A stretch of DNA of 64,000 bases. It comes from Patescibacteria group bacterium. Its GTDB lineage: Bacteria; Patescibacteriota; Minisyncoccia; Moranbacterales; UBA2206. The stretch is taken from positions 195,016-259,015 of the forward strand of contig JAKLFF010000001.1 in NCBI GenBank assembly GCA_022711335.1, given 5' to 3'. Shown piece by piece: positions 18,826-29,214 of the stretch. The notes below the pieces were generated by a model that was not told the origin of the DNA, ran no database searches, and worked only from the letters and a program-made list of their open reading frames with translations. Made by a program: the position numbers and the translations under genes. The stretch's first letter is position 1; each line of letters begins with the position of its first letter.

Positions 18826-19413
18826 TTAGGCTTTGCGAAGAGCGATAAGCGGAACCGGCAAACTCCAGTCGGTCGGGTTGTCGATCGGAAAATTCACCGG
18901 CAGAACACCGTATGTTTGCACTACCGCGTAACCGAGATAAGGCGTGCCGGAAAGAGAATTGTCCAGACCGAGATATGTCGCCAATGCGTCGGCCGCCGGA
19001 ATGGCGGCGACTGCCAGAGACGCCGTATCCTGTCCGAGAAACGCCAGCCAATAAAGCTTTCCGCCTTTCAGTGTCAAATCGATTGCCAGTTCTTTGAGAC
19101 CCAGAGTATTGACGGCGACTTCGCCCGCGTCAAGTTTGAGCGCGCCAGGGTAAACGCTTCCGTCTCCCTTATCTTCATAGACGCCGAGACGGGCTCGCGG
19201 CGTAGTGCCGGTAGCCGCCGTGCTGACGCGGATGGCGATCCGATCGAACCTCGCCGTCTTGGGAACGAAAAACGGGAAAACGCGAAGAGAGTTGGCCGAA
19301 GCCAAAGATTGCACAGTAATAGCACCGCCCGTAAGAAACGGCCCGAAATATCTTCCGGTCTTTCTTATCCTCAAAAACGAAAAGTCGCCTTTTTGTGGAA
19401 TGAATTTGGCCAT
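18826..19413 (-). CDS. Phage structural protein (tail-tube-like size)
   Basis: 195 aa in the structural operon. Confidence 0.45.
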   Translation of the reverse strand: MAKFIPQKGDFSFLRIRKTGRYFGPFLTGGAITVQSLASANSLRVFPFFVPKTARFDRIAIRVSTAATGTTPRARLGVYEDKGDGSVYPGALKLDAGEVAVNTLGLKELAIDLTLKGGKLYWLAFLGQDTASLAVAAIPAADALATYLGLDNSLSGTPYLGYAVVQTYGVLPVNFPIDNPTDWSLPVPLIALRKA

Positions 19414-19417
19414 TAGT

Positions 19418-19711
19418 CTATTGTTCGACGATTAATTCGACTTTGTCTCCGCTGATTTCGGCATCGGCATATACCTTATTGGCATTGCCGATGCGGAGCT
19501 TTACCGCTTCACCCGGTTCCAAGGTGAATTTTCCGGCCTGCGCCTGTTCGGCGGATTCGCCGATTTTAATCGCGCCTTGATTCGTCCGCTTGGCTTTTAC
19601 TACCAGATCGCACGCTTCGCCGACCAAAATATCGGGAAGCTGCACCGCCGTGCCGGCCACTGCAACCGTCGCTTCGCTTACGACAAATTTTGATTTGCTT
19701 TCTACCGCCAT
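19418..19711 (-). CDS. Small phage head/neck-associated protein
   Basis: 97 aa, Ala/Val-rich. Confidence 0.4.
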   Translation of the reverse strand: MAVESKSKFVVSEATVAVAGTAVQLPDILVGEACDLVVKAKRTNQGAIKIGESAEQAQAGKFTLEPGEAVKLRIGNANKVYADAEISGDKVELIVEQ

Positions 19712-19762
19712 AACTTTTTTGATTGATTGAAGGTAATTAATCGACCGTTAATTACCAACGAG

Positions 19763-20194
19763 TTAAAACTTCGGCTGTTTCTTTTTTGTTTTTTCTTTCG
19801 ATGTTTGAACGTCTTCCGGCAAGCCCGATCCCTCTTCTTTTCCTTTGAGCGCCATCTCGCGCTGCCTCAATTCCTCTTCCTTGGCTTTCAACTCCGCCTC
19901 TCTTTCAGCGAGAGATTTAGAGACCAGAGCCGAAGTCACTTCCTTGGTCACTTCCTGATAATCGATGCCGGCGAACGGAGACTTGTCCAAAAATTCCTGC
20001 TCTTGCATGTCGGCGGTTTCGTAAATTCCGTTTTTAAATTCGATCGTTTTCCCCGGCCGGGTCACCGCTATCCCGTTGATCACTTCGGTGACGGTCGGAA
20101 TCATCACGATGCTGTAGTGATGACCGTAGCGTGTCGCGTAGCGTTTGGATTTCACTTTCGGTTTCTCCGGCGTTGATGTTTTATTTTTTGCCAT
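19763..20194 (-). CDS. Phage hypothetical protein with charged C-terminal coiled coil
   Basis: 143 aa. Confidence 0.45.
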   Translation of the reverse strand: MAKNKTSTPEKPKVKSKRYATRYGHHYSIVMIPTVTEVINGIAVTRPGKTIEFKNGIYETADMQEQEFLDKSPFAGIDYQEVTKEVTSALVSKSLAEREAELKAKEEELRQREMALKGKEEGSGLPEDVQTSKEKTKKKQPKF

Positions 20195-20332
20195 ACAAAT
20201 TGATTGTGAATTTTTTATATTTCCGCGGGTCGACCTTTATATCCCGCGGAAACCCTCAAGGGCTTTCCATTTGGTCAGGCGGGTTTGGAAAGCCGGCCCG
20301 TCCGACCAAAACTTGAAGGATTATCTAAGGAA

Positions 20333-21511
20333 CTAGGTGAATTTCACCACGGCATGGCGTTCCGGTTGTTCCATCTGAAGACCGCACTCGGTCAAATATT
20401 CATTCACCGTGGAATCTTCGCCCGGCGTCTGTCTGTTGGTAAGCAGTTTCGTATCGCGATTGGTCAAATACCTGTATGTCAAAGCTTCCATATCGAGACC
20501 TACCGCGCTCTTGCCGTACAAATCTCCCGTCAGCAAATCATGCTTCAAAATATTGAGTGTTCCGTGCGGAGACTGATATTTCACGATGGCCAAACCGAAC
20601 GTCTTGTCGCTTTGCAAAACCTGAAGCTTGTCGTGCGCAAACCCGCTGATCTTGTCCAAAACGTATCCGGACGCAAGCAAATATTTCTCGGTGTTTCCAT
20701 GAGAGAACAATGTTCGCAAAAATCCGTTGAAATCGTCGCGCGTCGCCACGTTCGAAACTACCTGATTGATTCTCTGGAAAATTCCGGCTGTAAATCGTTT
20801 CGGATGAACACCGCTCATAATCAACTCTTTCTTGCCGAACATGAAAGCTCGTTCGACATCGACCAGATGCTCGATACCTTTCTTTCTGGTTTGGTAATCG
20901 AAGTCGCTTTCTTTGGTCCATCCCTTGGTATTCTTGGCAGTTTCCGTGATACCTATAGTCGTTCTGAATATTTGGCAATAGTTGATGGCTTCCGCCACCG
21001 CTGTCGCTTTTATTTCCCGAATGTCGGCGCCTTCTTCGTTGGCGTTTCCGATAATCCAGACAATATCGTTTTGTTGAAGCAGTCCGCCGCCGAGCGATCC
21101 GTCACCCACCTGACGCTGAACGGTCAAAGTGTTGGTATTCACGTTAGTCACCAGCATGACTTCTCCGGTCGGATTGCCCGTAGCTTGGGCCGACTTCACG
21201 CAAAGCAAAACATCGCCGATACTGAAATACGAACCGTTGGTAACGACAAGAGATGTCGCACCGGCCTGGTTGGCCGCCACGATATCTTCCCGCGCGCCGA
21301 ACTTGTCTTCGAACCATTTGAATTCCGGATCGGTCGTTTCTTTTTTCTTGAGCGCGTTACCTTCTTTGGTAACCGGATCTTTTCCGGCATTGGTGAGAAT
21401 CGCCAGAAGCGGATATCGGGCGACATCCAGGAGCGAAATGACATCGGCCACGTCGTATTTTCTTGTTACGCCGAGGTTGTCCGTTCCTCTTACTCCGTTT
21501 GTTGGAGGCAT
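20333..21511 (-). CDS. Major capsid protein candidate
   Basis: 392 aa. Sits immediately after the acidic scaffold gene. The + ORF 20285..21526 is its antisense shadow. Confidence 0.6.
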   Translation of the reverse strand: MPPTNGVRGTDNLGVTRKYDVADVISLLDVARYPLLAILTNAGKDPVTKEGNALKKKETTDPEFKWFEDKFGAREDIVAANQAGATSLVVTNGSYFSIGDVLLCVKSAQATGNPTGEVMLVTNVNTNTLTVQRQVGDGSLGGGLLQQNDIVWIIGNANEEGADIREIKATAVAEAINYCQIFRTTIGITETAKNTKGWTKESDFDYQTRKKGIEHLVDVERAFMFGKKELIMSGVHPKRFTAGIFQRINQVVSNVATRDDFNGFLRTLFSHGNTEKYLLASGYVLDKISGFAHDKLQVLQSDKTFGLAIVKYQSPHGTLNILKHDLLTGDLYGKSAVGLDMEALTYRYLTNRDTKLLTNRQTPGEDSTVNEYLTECGLQMEQPERHAVVKFT

Positions 21512-21560
21512 ATGTTTTTATCTTAAATTAATTAATTATATGGGAGGTTCGACCTTGGAT

Positions 21561-22466
21561 TTATACTCCCAATCCTCCCAAGGGACTTTTTGACCCGCTT
21601 GTTCCGAAGATTTGTTCGAGGCGGCGTTCTTCCGCTCCCTTGTCTTCGCCGTGCGAGGTCGGAGCACCCGCTCCTCTCTCGACTTGCGCTTTGGCTTTTT
21701 TGAGACGAATCTTCTCAACATCCGTCACTTTTGTATCGCCTTTGACTTTTCCGACGAACTCATCCACTTTGGCGCAGGCGTCTTTAAGTGATATGACCGT
21801 TCCTTTCCGGGAAGCGGTATCTATCAAAGACAGCACTAACTCGCGATATTCGGAACTCGTCTTGAGAAGCGGATGATCCTTCTTGGCGTCTCTTATTTCC
21901 TGCGTCACGGAATCGCGCATCTGACTGCGCGTATCATAGGTATCGCTCACGATATTTTTCACCGTCGATACCATCCACTCGGCAAACTGTTTGGGCGTCA
22001 TCTTGGCCAGATCTTCGTCGGAAGGGACTTCGATGCCGCTGCCGGAATCCTTTTTGTCGCTATCTTCTTTTTTCTGAACCTCGGTATCGACCGTTTTTGT
22101 TTCTGTCGGCTTTTTATTTTCCAAATCTTCATACATCTTGATCACTTCCTCGCGGCTTTTGCCGTGCCACTTGTCTTTTTTCTTCGCCTCATCTCCCTCT
22201 TTGTCTTTTTCGGTTTCCTCTTCGTCTTCCGGTTCCTCCCGTTCTTTATCTTTTTTATTTTCATCTTCCTCTTCCGATTCTTCTTCCTTGTTTTTTTCAT
22301 CTTCTTCTTCGGCATTTTCTTCATTCTCCTTATTTTCGTTTTCTTTTTTTTCTTCTTCCTCGCCTTTTTCGCCATTTTCTTCGGATTCGTCCTCGTTCTT
22401 TTTGTTTTCCTCTTCCTGATCGGCGTTAAGAAGCGTATCAAGCTCCTTTTTTCGATCTTTATTCAT
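21561..22466 (-). CDS. Acidic Glu/Lys-rich scaffolding-like protein
   Basis: 301 aa, with an extreme E/K/D low-complexity N-terminal half. Lies between portal and capsid as scaffold genes do. Confidence 0.55.
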   Translation of the reverse strand: MNKDRKKELDTLLNADQEEENKKNEDESEENGEKGEEEEKKENENKENEENAEEEDEKNKEEESEEEDENKKDKEREEPEDEEETEKDKEGDEAKKKDKWHGKSREEVIKMYEDLENKKPTETKTVDTEVQKKEDSDKKDSGSGIEVPSDEDLAKMTPKQFAEWMVSTVKNIVSDTYDTRSQMRDSVTQEIRDAKKDHPLLKTSSEYRELVLSLIDTASRKGTVISLKDACAKVDEFVGKVKGDTKVTDVEKIRLKKAKAQVERGAGAPTSHGEDKGAEERRLEQIFGTSGSKSPLGGLGV

Positions 22467-22537
22467 AAGCGCTGTTATAATTTAATTTTTTATTTTCTGA
22501 AATTGGGCTCGACCTTATCCCAAAATTTTTCTGTTTT

Positions 22538-22819
22538 TTAAATGCTTCTGCTTATAACACTGGCCGCCTCGTCTTTATCCCTGATGGCGGTTTCGACCAT
22601 AGACAGGACTTTTTCATAAGCGTTGGCGTTGGCCCGGTGCTGAAGATAGTCAGAAGCGATTTCTTCGGAAGTTTTTCCCGTTATCTCAAATTCCCGCAGC
22701 TCCTTGTATTCGATTGCCAGCTCCTCTCTGATTTTCCCTTCCAGCCATTTCCAACCGGCAGTTCTGGCCATCTCCAACACCGCCAATCCCGCTTCAAATT
22801 TTTCTTCGTTGGTTTCCAT
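22538..22819 (-). CDS. Phage hypothetical protein
   Basis: 93 aa. Confidence 0.35.
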   Translation of the reverse strand: METNEEKFEAGLAVLEMARTAGWKWLEGKIREELAIEYKELREFEITGKTSEEIASDYLQHRANANAYEKVLSMVETAIRDKDEAASVISRSI

Positions 22820-22824
22820 TGTGT

Positions 22825-23190
22825 TTATTCCGTTTCTTCTCCGGGTTTCGGTTCCGGCTCGGCGGGAATATCCATCTGCGGTCCGCCATAAAGTCCGCCC
22901 AAATTGCCGCTGCCGTCTTCGCTGGCCAGCAAATCCTCCAGGGTGGCAATCATGCTTTCGATCACCTCCCGGAAACTTGATTTTTCCGATTCATAGACAT
23001 CTTTGGCGGCGCTTACGATACTGTCGACCTTCTTCCAGTTCTCATCCGCATCCCCGGCGCCGGCCTTTTCCGGCTTTTGGTTTTTAAAACCGATTTTCTT
23101 TTCGGTTTCTTGATCGGCTTCCTGATCGTTTTCATCCCGGTTCATGTTTTCATCGGCATTTTCATTTTCATTGATTGGTTTGTTTTCCAT
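22825..23190 (-). CDS. Acidic phage hypothetical protein
   Basis: 121 aa, D/E/N-rich. Confidence 0.35.
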   Translation of the reverse strand: MENKPINENENADENMNRDENDQEADQETEKKIGFKNQKPEKAGAGDADENWKKVDSIVSAAKDVYESEKSSFREVIESMIATLEDLLASEDGSGNLGGLYGGPQMDIPAEPEPKPGEETE

Positions 23191-23214
23191 AATGATATTG
23201 ATTCGAATTAATTA

Positions 23215-23412
23215 TTATTTTGACTCGACCTTTTCAAACGTGAATTTCAATTTGTGTCCCAAATCGATTTTGGAAGACTCTTCCCGAGAAAGATAAATAG
23301 TATGCACCCGCCCCTGCTCTTCCTGGAGAGACACGATACAATCCGATCCGCTCAGCGTTTTGCTTATGACGGATACCACGGCGGTTTTGATTGTTGAATT
23401 TGTTTTGGCCAT
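23215..23412 (-). CDS. Small phage hypothetical protein
   Basis: 65 aa. Confidence 0.3.
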   Translation of the reverse strand: MAKTNSTIKTAVVSVISKTLSGSDCIVSLQEEQGRVHTIYLSREESSKIDLGHKLKFTFEKVESK

Positions 23413-23418
23413 AATTTT

Positions 23419-25287
23419 TTATCGGTTAACTAATTTTTTACCCAAGAACGGAACGCGCGAAAGAATTCTTTTTATAAGACTCGGCTTGGACTGTCGCGTT
23501 TGCGGCAAGACTTGAGGCGGAGTCCCGGATTGAGACGCACCAGGAGTTTCCGATTTTTCTTCCTGCTCTTCTTTAACCGGCTCGTTATTTTCGTCTCCCA
23601 AAAGCACTGCCCGATAGGCTTCTTTGTCCATTTCCCCGAGAATCATTTCCTGAATAATCCGCTTGCGTTTTTTCCACTGAGCGAATTCGTCCGTATCGGC
23701 CGGATCCGGCTTGTCCTGAGCCACCAATTTGTCGTAAAGAAGCAAAACCTGATTGAGTCTCGTTTGCTGATCGGGCGGAATGGCCGGATCAACAGACACC
23801 ATCGCATCCACTTTTATTTCTTTATCTTCGGAAGTGAATTCCTTGAAACTCACATCATCGCCGACAACGCGGTAAAGCTTGTCTTCCTCGATAAACTCGC
23901 GATTCATCTCGATGAGTATGTTGGCCAATCTGGTGAGCGTTTCCGAAAGATTTTGGGCGAAAGTGCTGAGACGCAGATTGCTTTGTCCGATAAGCATGGC
24001 CACTTTTCCGACCGGTTCGCCGGCTGATTGCGGCACGCCCTGTACATATTCGGAAATAGCCAGCGTTTTTTCAATCTCATCGTTTAGCATTCTTTCCTCG
24101 TTAACTCCCATAAGAGAAATATCCGGCAATCGTTCCACGACCACATCATCCATTTTTCGCAACTCCCATTTGGCACCCGGCGCAAAAATAATGTCGTTTT
24201 TGGAAATGCCGGAATCTTTCCTGATCTTGACCACGGGATCAAGCATCAAAATGACATCGTCCATGCGCTGATTGCGAAGATCGGCGATTTCGACGATGGT
24301 CGTTTCCACAGGCTCGATATGCCCGATCGCCCACATTTCCCAATTCACTTCATGGTCGGCCAGATTCAAAAATATGCGTCCGTGATTCACTTCCCGATAG
24401 GGCGTTTCATCGTTTCTCATAAGAATTTCCCGATTGCCGATCGTTACCAGTTTTCCTTCTTCGAAGTCATAGCATTCCCACATCTCTATCATTTTCTCCC
24501 GCTCGTATTTTTCGCCCGTCACCTTGATGACCGCTTCGCTTTGCACTTTCGAGCTGGCGCTCTGAATCTGCCCCATCTTTTTGGTGTTGATGTCATAGCG
24601 TTCCTGCTTCCAGTCTTCGACTTGTTTGGAGTGAAGAAAGTTCACATTTTTGTAAAGAGCGTTTTCTCCTCGTGACTTTTCATCGCGCTCGATTTTTTCC
24701 TTCGATTTGATGATCCGGCGGATGAGCCACGGACAATCTTCTTCCAAATCTTCCGTTTCCGGCGCCGGCAAAATATCCCAAAGATCGCAGACGGTCAGAA
24801 ACGGATCGTCGTAATCGATGCCCGCATCGGTCAGCCAGGTGACCATGCCGATGCCGTTGCCGTATGTGATCGCCGATTTTATCCAGCGCGGCAGTTTTTT
24901 CTGAAGCCTTATGACGTCGAAGTCATAGTTGACCAGATCGTCCCAGGCTTGGATCGATTTCGAATCGACGTCTTTCTTCTCGCGTGGCAGAACTCTCGTT
25001 TTTCTTTTGGCCGTCACCATGCGCGATGCCACCGTTTCAACGACCTGAAAAGCGATCGGAGGCATAAGTCTTGTCTGATAGGCATAATTGACTTTTTCCT
25101 GATAAGCGCGATAGAGCTTGTACATCCGAAGCCACTTGGCCCGATACGGCCGCAGATAATTTTCCGCTCTGGTGAATCTCTTTTTCCATTTTTCAATGAG
25201 CGCCGACTCGCTGTCAGTCGGTGAATAGGTCTCGCTGTCAGAAACTTTTTCCTTCTCGTTTTCGTTTTGTGCGTTTGAATCCGCCAT
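23419..25287 (-). CDS. Portal (head-to-tail connector) protein, podovirus-like
   Basis: About 622 aa from MADSNAQNE.... Its size, acidic tail and position as first gene of the structural block match a portal. The longer ORF reaching 25419 overlaps a hairpin. Confidence 0.55.
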   Translation of the reverse strand: MADSNAQNENEKEKVSDSETYSPTDSESALIEKWKKRFTRAENYLRPYRAKWLRMYKLYRAYQEKVNYAYQTRLMPPIAFQVVETVASRMVTAKRKTRVLPREKKDVDSKSIQAWDDLVNYDFDVIRLQKKLPRWIKSAITYGNGIGMVTWLTDAGIDYDDPFLTVCDLWDILPAPETEDLEEDCPWLIRRIIKSKEKIERDEKSRGENALYKNVNFLHSKQVEDWKQERYDINTKKMGQIQSASSKVQSEAVIKVTGEKYEREKMIEMWECYDFEEGKLVTIGNREILMRNDETPYREVNHGRIFLNLADHEVNWEMWAIGHIEPVETTIVEIADLRNQRMDDVILMLDPVVKIRKDSGISKNDIIFAPGAKWELRKMDDVVVERLPDISLMGVNEERMLNDEIEKTLAISEYVQGVPQSAGEPVGKVAMLIGQSNLRLSTFAQNLSETLTRLANILIEMNREFIEEDKLYRVVGDDVSFKEFTSEDKEIKVDAMVSVDPAIPPDQQTRLNQVLLLYDKLVAQDKPDPADTDEFAQWKKRKRIIQEMILGEMDKEAYRAVLLGDENNEPVKEEQEEKSETPGASQSGTPPQVLPQTRQSKPSLIKRILSRVPFLGKKLVNR

Positions 25288-25303
25288 AAGGGAAAAATAT
25301 AAA

Positions 25304-25340
25304 AGCCGAACCCTTCCGGGAGTTCGGCTCCAATTTTTTC
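25304..25340. terminator. GC-rich hairpin (AGCCGAACCC-TTCC-GGGAGTTCGGCT) flanked by T-runs on both strands
   Basis: Seen in the sequence. Lies at the right edge of the phage block. Confidence 0.5.
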
Positions 25341-25659
25341 CAATCAAGTTCTCGTCGTATCGATGCAAGGCCGAAGCCTCAAAAGGATGCGGTACTTTTC
25401 CTTGGCATCCGCCAACCAAACAAAAAACGAGACTGCCACTTCATGTCATCAAAACCCGACCGATGATTCGGTCAAAACATTTTTGATAACAGAAGTCACA
25501 GCCCCGTCTCGTTTAGTTCCGATTTGATCGGAACGCCGTCAGGCAAAAACCTCCTGCGCTTTTTGTGATTTTATTTTATCAAATAAGAAAAATATGTCAA
25601 CAACGCAACTGATCCGCACAATGTCAAAAGTATTCTGTCGTCTGTCCCGTTATTATGGC

Positions 25660-27432
25660 TCAATTAACTTTTCGACTCATATCATACAAAAATGAATTTT
25701 GATCATTAATAAGATTTTTGTATGTCCCTTCTTCCACAATTTTGCCCTGGTCAAAAACATAAATCCTGTCTGTTTTTTCCAGGGTCTGTATATGGTGAGC
25801 AATAGCAATGATAGTTTTGTCTGGAAAATTTTCCTCCAGTGCTTCATATATTTTCTTTTCCGTTCGGGAATCCAGTGATGAAGTAGCTTCGTCGAGAATT
25901 AATATCTGGCTGTTTTGGCATATAGACCTGGCAATTGCCAGTCGTTGTCTTTCGCCGCCCGATAGACGATAGCCTTTTTCACCAATCAACGTGTCCGGTC
26001 CTTCCGGCAAAGTATCAATTACTTCTTGCAATTGGGCAATCTGAATAGCGCGCTCAAAAATCTCCGACTCAATTTTTCGAAACAAAGTAATGTTTTCAGC
26101 AAAACTCATATTAAACATCTCGATTTCTTGAGGTACAACAGAAATATTTTTAAAAACAAAGTCGGAGTTGATGTTATAGAAATTTTGATTATCAATCAAA
26201 AATTTTCCTTTTTCAATGGGGTATAGTCCAAGAAGAATTTTGGCTAATGTTGACTTGCCGCTTCCCGTCTTTCCAACTACACCGATGCGTTCTCCTTTTC
26301 TAATTTTAAAATTCAGTTCCCTTAAACCATTATCTGATTTATATAAAAACTGGCCACCAATAATTTTTATATTTTGCCAAACTTCAGGAAAATTTTCATC
26401 ACCTGTTTTTACTTCTGTCTTTTTTTCAAAAACACTCATCATTTGTCCAATGCCTGCCTTGGTTTGAATAAGGTCGCCATAAAGATTCATAACCTGCTCT
26501 CCAATAGTGGTTATTTTGTCAAAATAACTGTAAAAAATTACAATCTCACCAATATTCAAAAGTCCCCTAAAAACATCCCGGCCAATAAGAAATATGAATA
26601 TGCTTGCGCTTACGGCATTAAAGGTTTGGAAAACTTTCCATTGATTATTATTAACTTTTATTATCTTATCAGCAAAGGATTTGGAAACAACCTCTCTTTC
26701 CACAATTTTGGATTGGAAATGTTTTTCCGAACCTAACGATTTTAATGTGGAAATGTTACTGAGGCCTTCTACATAAACCCCGCTAGACTTTTCCAGAGCA
26801 TCATATCTCATGAAATTCAGTTTTTGAAGGTACTTAGTAAATGTTTTTAAAATGACAAAGTAGATTATGGCATAAACAAAAAGGAAAATGGCATATGTGT
26901 ATCGGAGGTACAAAAATATGGCAATTATACCGACAAGTGATGCTATGGCAGATAGTATCTGATTGGAAAATGTCCGCGTAAAAAGATAGAATGAATCAAG
27001 GCCGTTTTGTATTTTTTGCACTTTTTCGCCGGTTGTTTTTTGTGATGTATCAATGAGGGACTGCGAAAGCATCAGTTCAAATCCTTTGACCTTGATTTGA
27101 TAGGCGGTTTCATTGACCCAAAGAGCCAGCTTCTGTTTAACGTATAGCCTTATCAAGGGGACGACAAGCATTGATCCGCCCAAAAAAATTGCGAGAAAAT
27201 AAAATCGATTGAGAGATTGTCCAATTTTAAAATTGGTAAAAAAGTTAATCACCGCTCCTATTATGAGCGGGGGGACGATATTATAAGCAAGAATTATAAA
27301 AAGAACACCAGTTCCGACTAGATATCTTCTCTTAATTTTTCCCAAATCAAAAAGAAATAAAAGTGACCGGGCTAATTCTATCCAGCTATATTTAAATTCC
27401 AAATCTTCTTTTTTGAAAATATTTCTCGCCAT
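25660..27432 (-). CDS. ABC transporter ATP-binding/permease protein (MsbA-like exporter)
   Basis: 590 aa. N-terminal 6-TM domain, Walker A GKTGSGKST, signature LSGGERQRLAIAR and Walker B ILILDEATS. Confidence 0.88.
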   Translation of the reverse strand: MARNIFKKEDLEFKYSWIELARSLLFLFDLGKIKRRYLVGTGVLFIILAYNIVPPLIIGAVINFFTNFKIGQSLNRFYFLAIFLGGSMLVVPLIRLYVKQKLALWVNETAYQIKVKGFELMLSQSLIDTSQKTTGEKVQKIQNGLDSFYLFTRTFSNQILSAIASLVGIIAIFLYLRYTYAIFLFVYAIIYFVILKTFTKYLQKLNFMRYDALEKSSGVYVEGLSNISTLKSLGSEKHFQSKIVEREVVSKSFADKIIKVNNNQWKVFQTFNAVSASIFIFLIGRDVFRGLLNIGEIVIFYSYFDKITTIGEQVMNLYGDLIQTKAGIGQMMSVFEKKTEVKTGDENFPEVWQNIKIIGGQFLYKSDNGLRELNFKIRKGERIGVVGKTGSGKSTLAKILLGLYPIEKGKFLIDNQNFYNINSDFVFKNISVVPQEIEMFNMSFAENITLFRKIESEIFERAIQIAQLQEVIDTLPEGPDTLIGEKGYRLSGGERQRLAIARSICQNSQILILDEATSSLDSRTEKKIYEALEENFPDKTIIAIAHHIQTLEKTDRIYVFDQGKIVEEGTYKNLINDQNSFLYDMSRKVN

Positions 27433-27560
27433 AAAATATCAAATGCCCTCAAATTCATATTTAGCAGCCCAAATTTGCCATCAAACTATGTGCCACCAAC
27501 AAACATTTGCTCTCTCTTAATGACAGTAATTTTTCCATAATTGGAATATCCTGAAAAATA

Positions 27561-28424
27561 TTATTTTATTGTTAACTCTTTTTCTTCGAATATCAACGCG
27601 TATCCCCCGACTTTCACTTTATCTTTCACCGTCACACACATCTTTCCGCCTTTCCCCATGCAGTAACCCTGTTCTATTACAAAATCGTTTTTGTTGGAAA
27701 TTTTATGCTTCACGGCATAAGCGCCCAGCGCTCCGGCCGCCACTCCGGTAATCGGATCCTCGTCGATTCCGGCAAGCGGATTAAACTGCCTGGCGTGAAA
27801 ATCCGAATCCTTGTCCATCGTTTCGACAGTGAACGGATAAAATCCTTTTACCAGATGCTCCTTACAATATAGTTTCATCCCTTCCAGATCCGGCTTTATT
27901 TTGAGCAATGTTTTCAGTGAATTGACCCCGACCATCAACTTCGGAGTTCCGGTGGAGACCGTCTGAATCGGGCAATCCATAACTTCGTCCATGGATATTC
28001 CCAAAAGCCTCGTAACTTCATTTTTACTATGCTCGTCTCCCCAAAATTGCGGTTCGGTCTGGGTCATCACAATCAAGCCGTCCTTGTCGACTTCGACGGA
28101 TATGATTCCCGCTCTTGTTTCGAAAGTTACCGTTTTGGATTTTTCCCTGCCCAGATAAATTTTTCTTTTCTTAAGCAACGCGTGAGTAGCCGCTATCGTC
28201 GCGTGTCCGCATAAGTCCACTTCCTGCGTCGGCGTGAAAAATCTGATTCTGAATTTGGATTTGTCCGATTTGAAGATAAAGGCGGACTCGGAAAATCCCA
28301 GTGCCTTGGAGATATCGATCATTTGATGTTCCTGCAACTTTTCGGCATCAAAAATCACCCCGGCCGGATTGCCCTGATTTTTGTCCTTGGTAAATGCTTT
28401 TACTAAAATCGCTTTCATAGCCAA
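27561..28424 (-). CDS. PhzF-family (phenazine biosynthesis-like) isomerase
   Basis: 287 aa. A PhzF/YddE-like fold is suggested by GNPAGVIFD...FFTPTQEVDLCGHATIA. Confidence 0.7.
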   Translation of the reverse strand: MAMKAILVKAFTKDKNQGNPAGVIFDAEKLQEHQMIDISKALGFSESAFIFKSDKSKFRIRFFTPTQEVDLCGHATIAATHALLKKRKIYLGREKSKTVTFETRAGIISVEVDKDGLIVMTQTEPQFWGDEHSKNEVTRLLGISMDEVMDCPIQTVSTGTPKLMVGVNSLKTLLKIKPDLEGMKLYCKEHLVKGFYPFTVETMDKDSDFHARQFNPLAGIDEDPITGVAAGALGAYAVKHKISNKNDFVIEQGYCMGKGGKMCVTVKDKVKVGGYALIFEEKELTIK

Positions 28425-29203
28425 AATTTTTCAGTTACATCGATTGTTCCGATATCGAGTCGTTCGATCATTTTTTCTATTTCCTCGTCTCCCGCTTCTT
28501 CGGAATAATAAATTCTTTGCACCTCCCCGCTTTTTTCCTGCTTGGCTATCTTCCAGTTGGAAAGAATCGACTTCCGACTGATCGGTTTCCTGACCTCCTT
28601 TTGATTTATCAGTCCGATTATTTCTTTAAGATCAAGGTTGAAATTCTTGAATATCTGGAACAAGTCGTAAAAATCCCGGTATCTGGCCCGGTCGCTGGTC
28701 GCCCGTATTTTCTCGGCGGCGATTTCGCGAATATCCATCGTCCGCACCTTCGTATCGACTTTCCAAATATTTTTATACTCCGAATCTTTGGCCGGCAGGA
28801 CGACATTCTGGATGAAATCGATTTCCAGTTTCAGGGAATTCGGCTGTCCGAGCGGACCATTGTAAGTCAGTCTTTCGATTTTTATGGTGGCTTTGGAAAC
28901 GTACTCCTTTTTGACTGACAGAAAATCGTAAGGCTCGAATATTTTTTTCACGTCTTCCAATTTCAAATCCCTGTCGAGCGACGTGAAATCCAGATCTTCG
29001 GAAAACCGCATCTGCTTGAGATAACAATGATGAAGAGCCGTCCCGCCTTTGAAAACCAAAATGTCCCGAAGCGGCGAATCGTAAACGATCTTTGAGACCA
29101 GAGCCAGAAAATAATCTTTTTCGGCCACCATCAGAGGGTAGCGAAGTTCTTTTTTATTGATCACTTCCATCTCCCGCCGGGTCATGATGTTTATGTTCGG
29201 CAT
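28415..29203 (-). CDS. Nucleotidyltransferase AbiEii/AbiGii-type toxin (DUF1814)
   Basis: 262 aa. Motifs LVFKGGTALHHCYL...RFSEDLDF are characteristic of the family. Paired with the upstream AbiEi. Confidence 0.7.
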   Translation of the reverse strand: MPNINIMTRREMEVINKKELRYPLMVAEKDYFLALVSKIVYDSPLRDILVFKGGTALHHCYLKQMRFSEDLDFTSLDRDLKLEDVKKIFEPYDFLSVKKEYVSKATIKIERLTYNGPLGQPNSLKLEIDFIQNVVLPAKDSEYKNIWKVDTKVRTMDIREIAAEKIRATSDRARYRDFYDLFQIFKNFNLDLKEIIGLINQKEVRKPISRKSILSNWKIAKQEKSGEVQRIYYSEEAGDEEIEKMIERLDIGTIDVTEKFWL

Positions 29204-29214
29204 AATTTTTTGTT

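Noticed and set aside
20285-21526. + strand 413-aa ORF
   Set aside because: It is antisense to the major-capsid candidate within a co-directional minus-strand phage operon. Its Arg/Ser/Phe-rich low-complexity translation is typical of GC-rich antisense frames.
22138-22541. Overlapping ORFs on both strands (poly-Ser/Phe and poly-Lys/Arg translations)
   Set aside because: They are artefacts of the GAA/GAG-rich low-complexity DNA that encodes the acidic scaffold protein.
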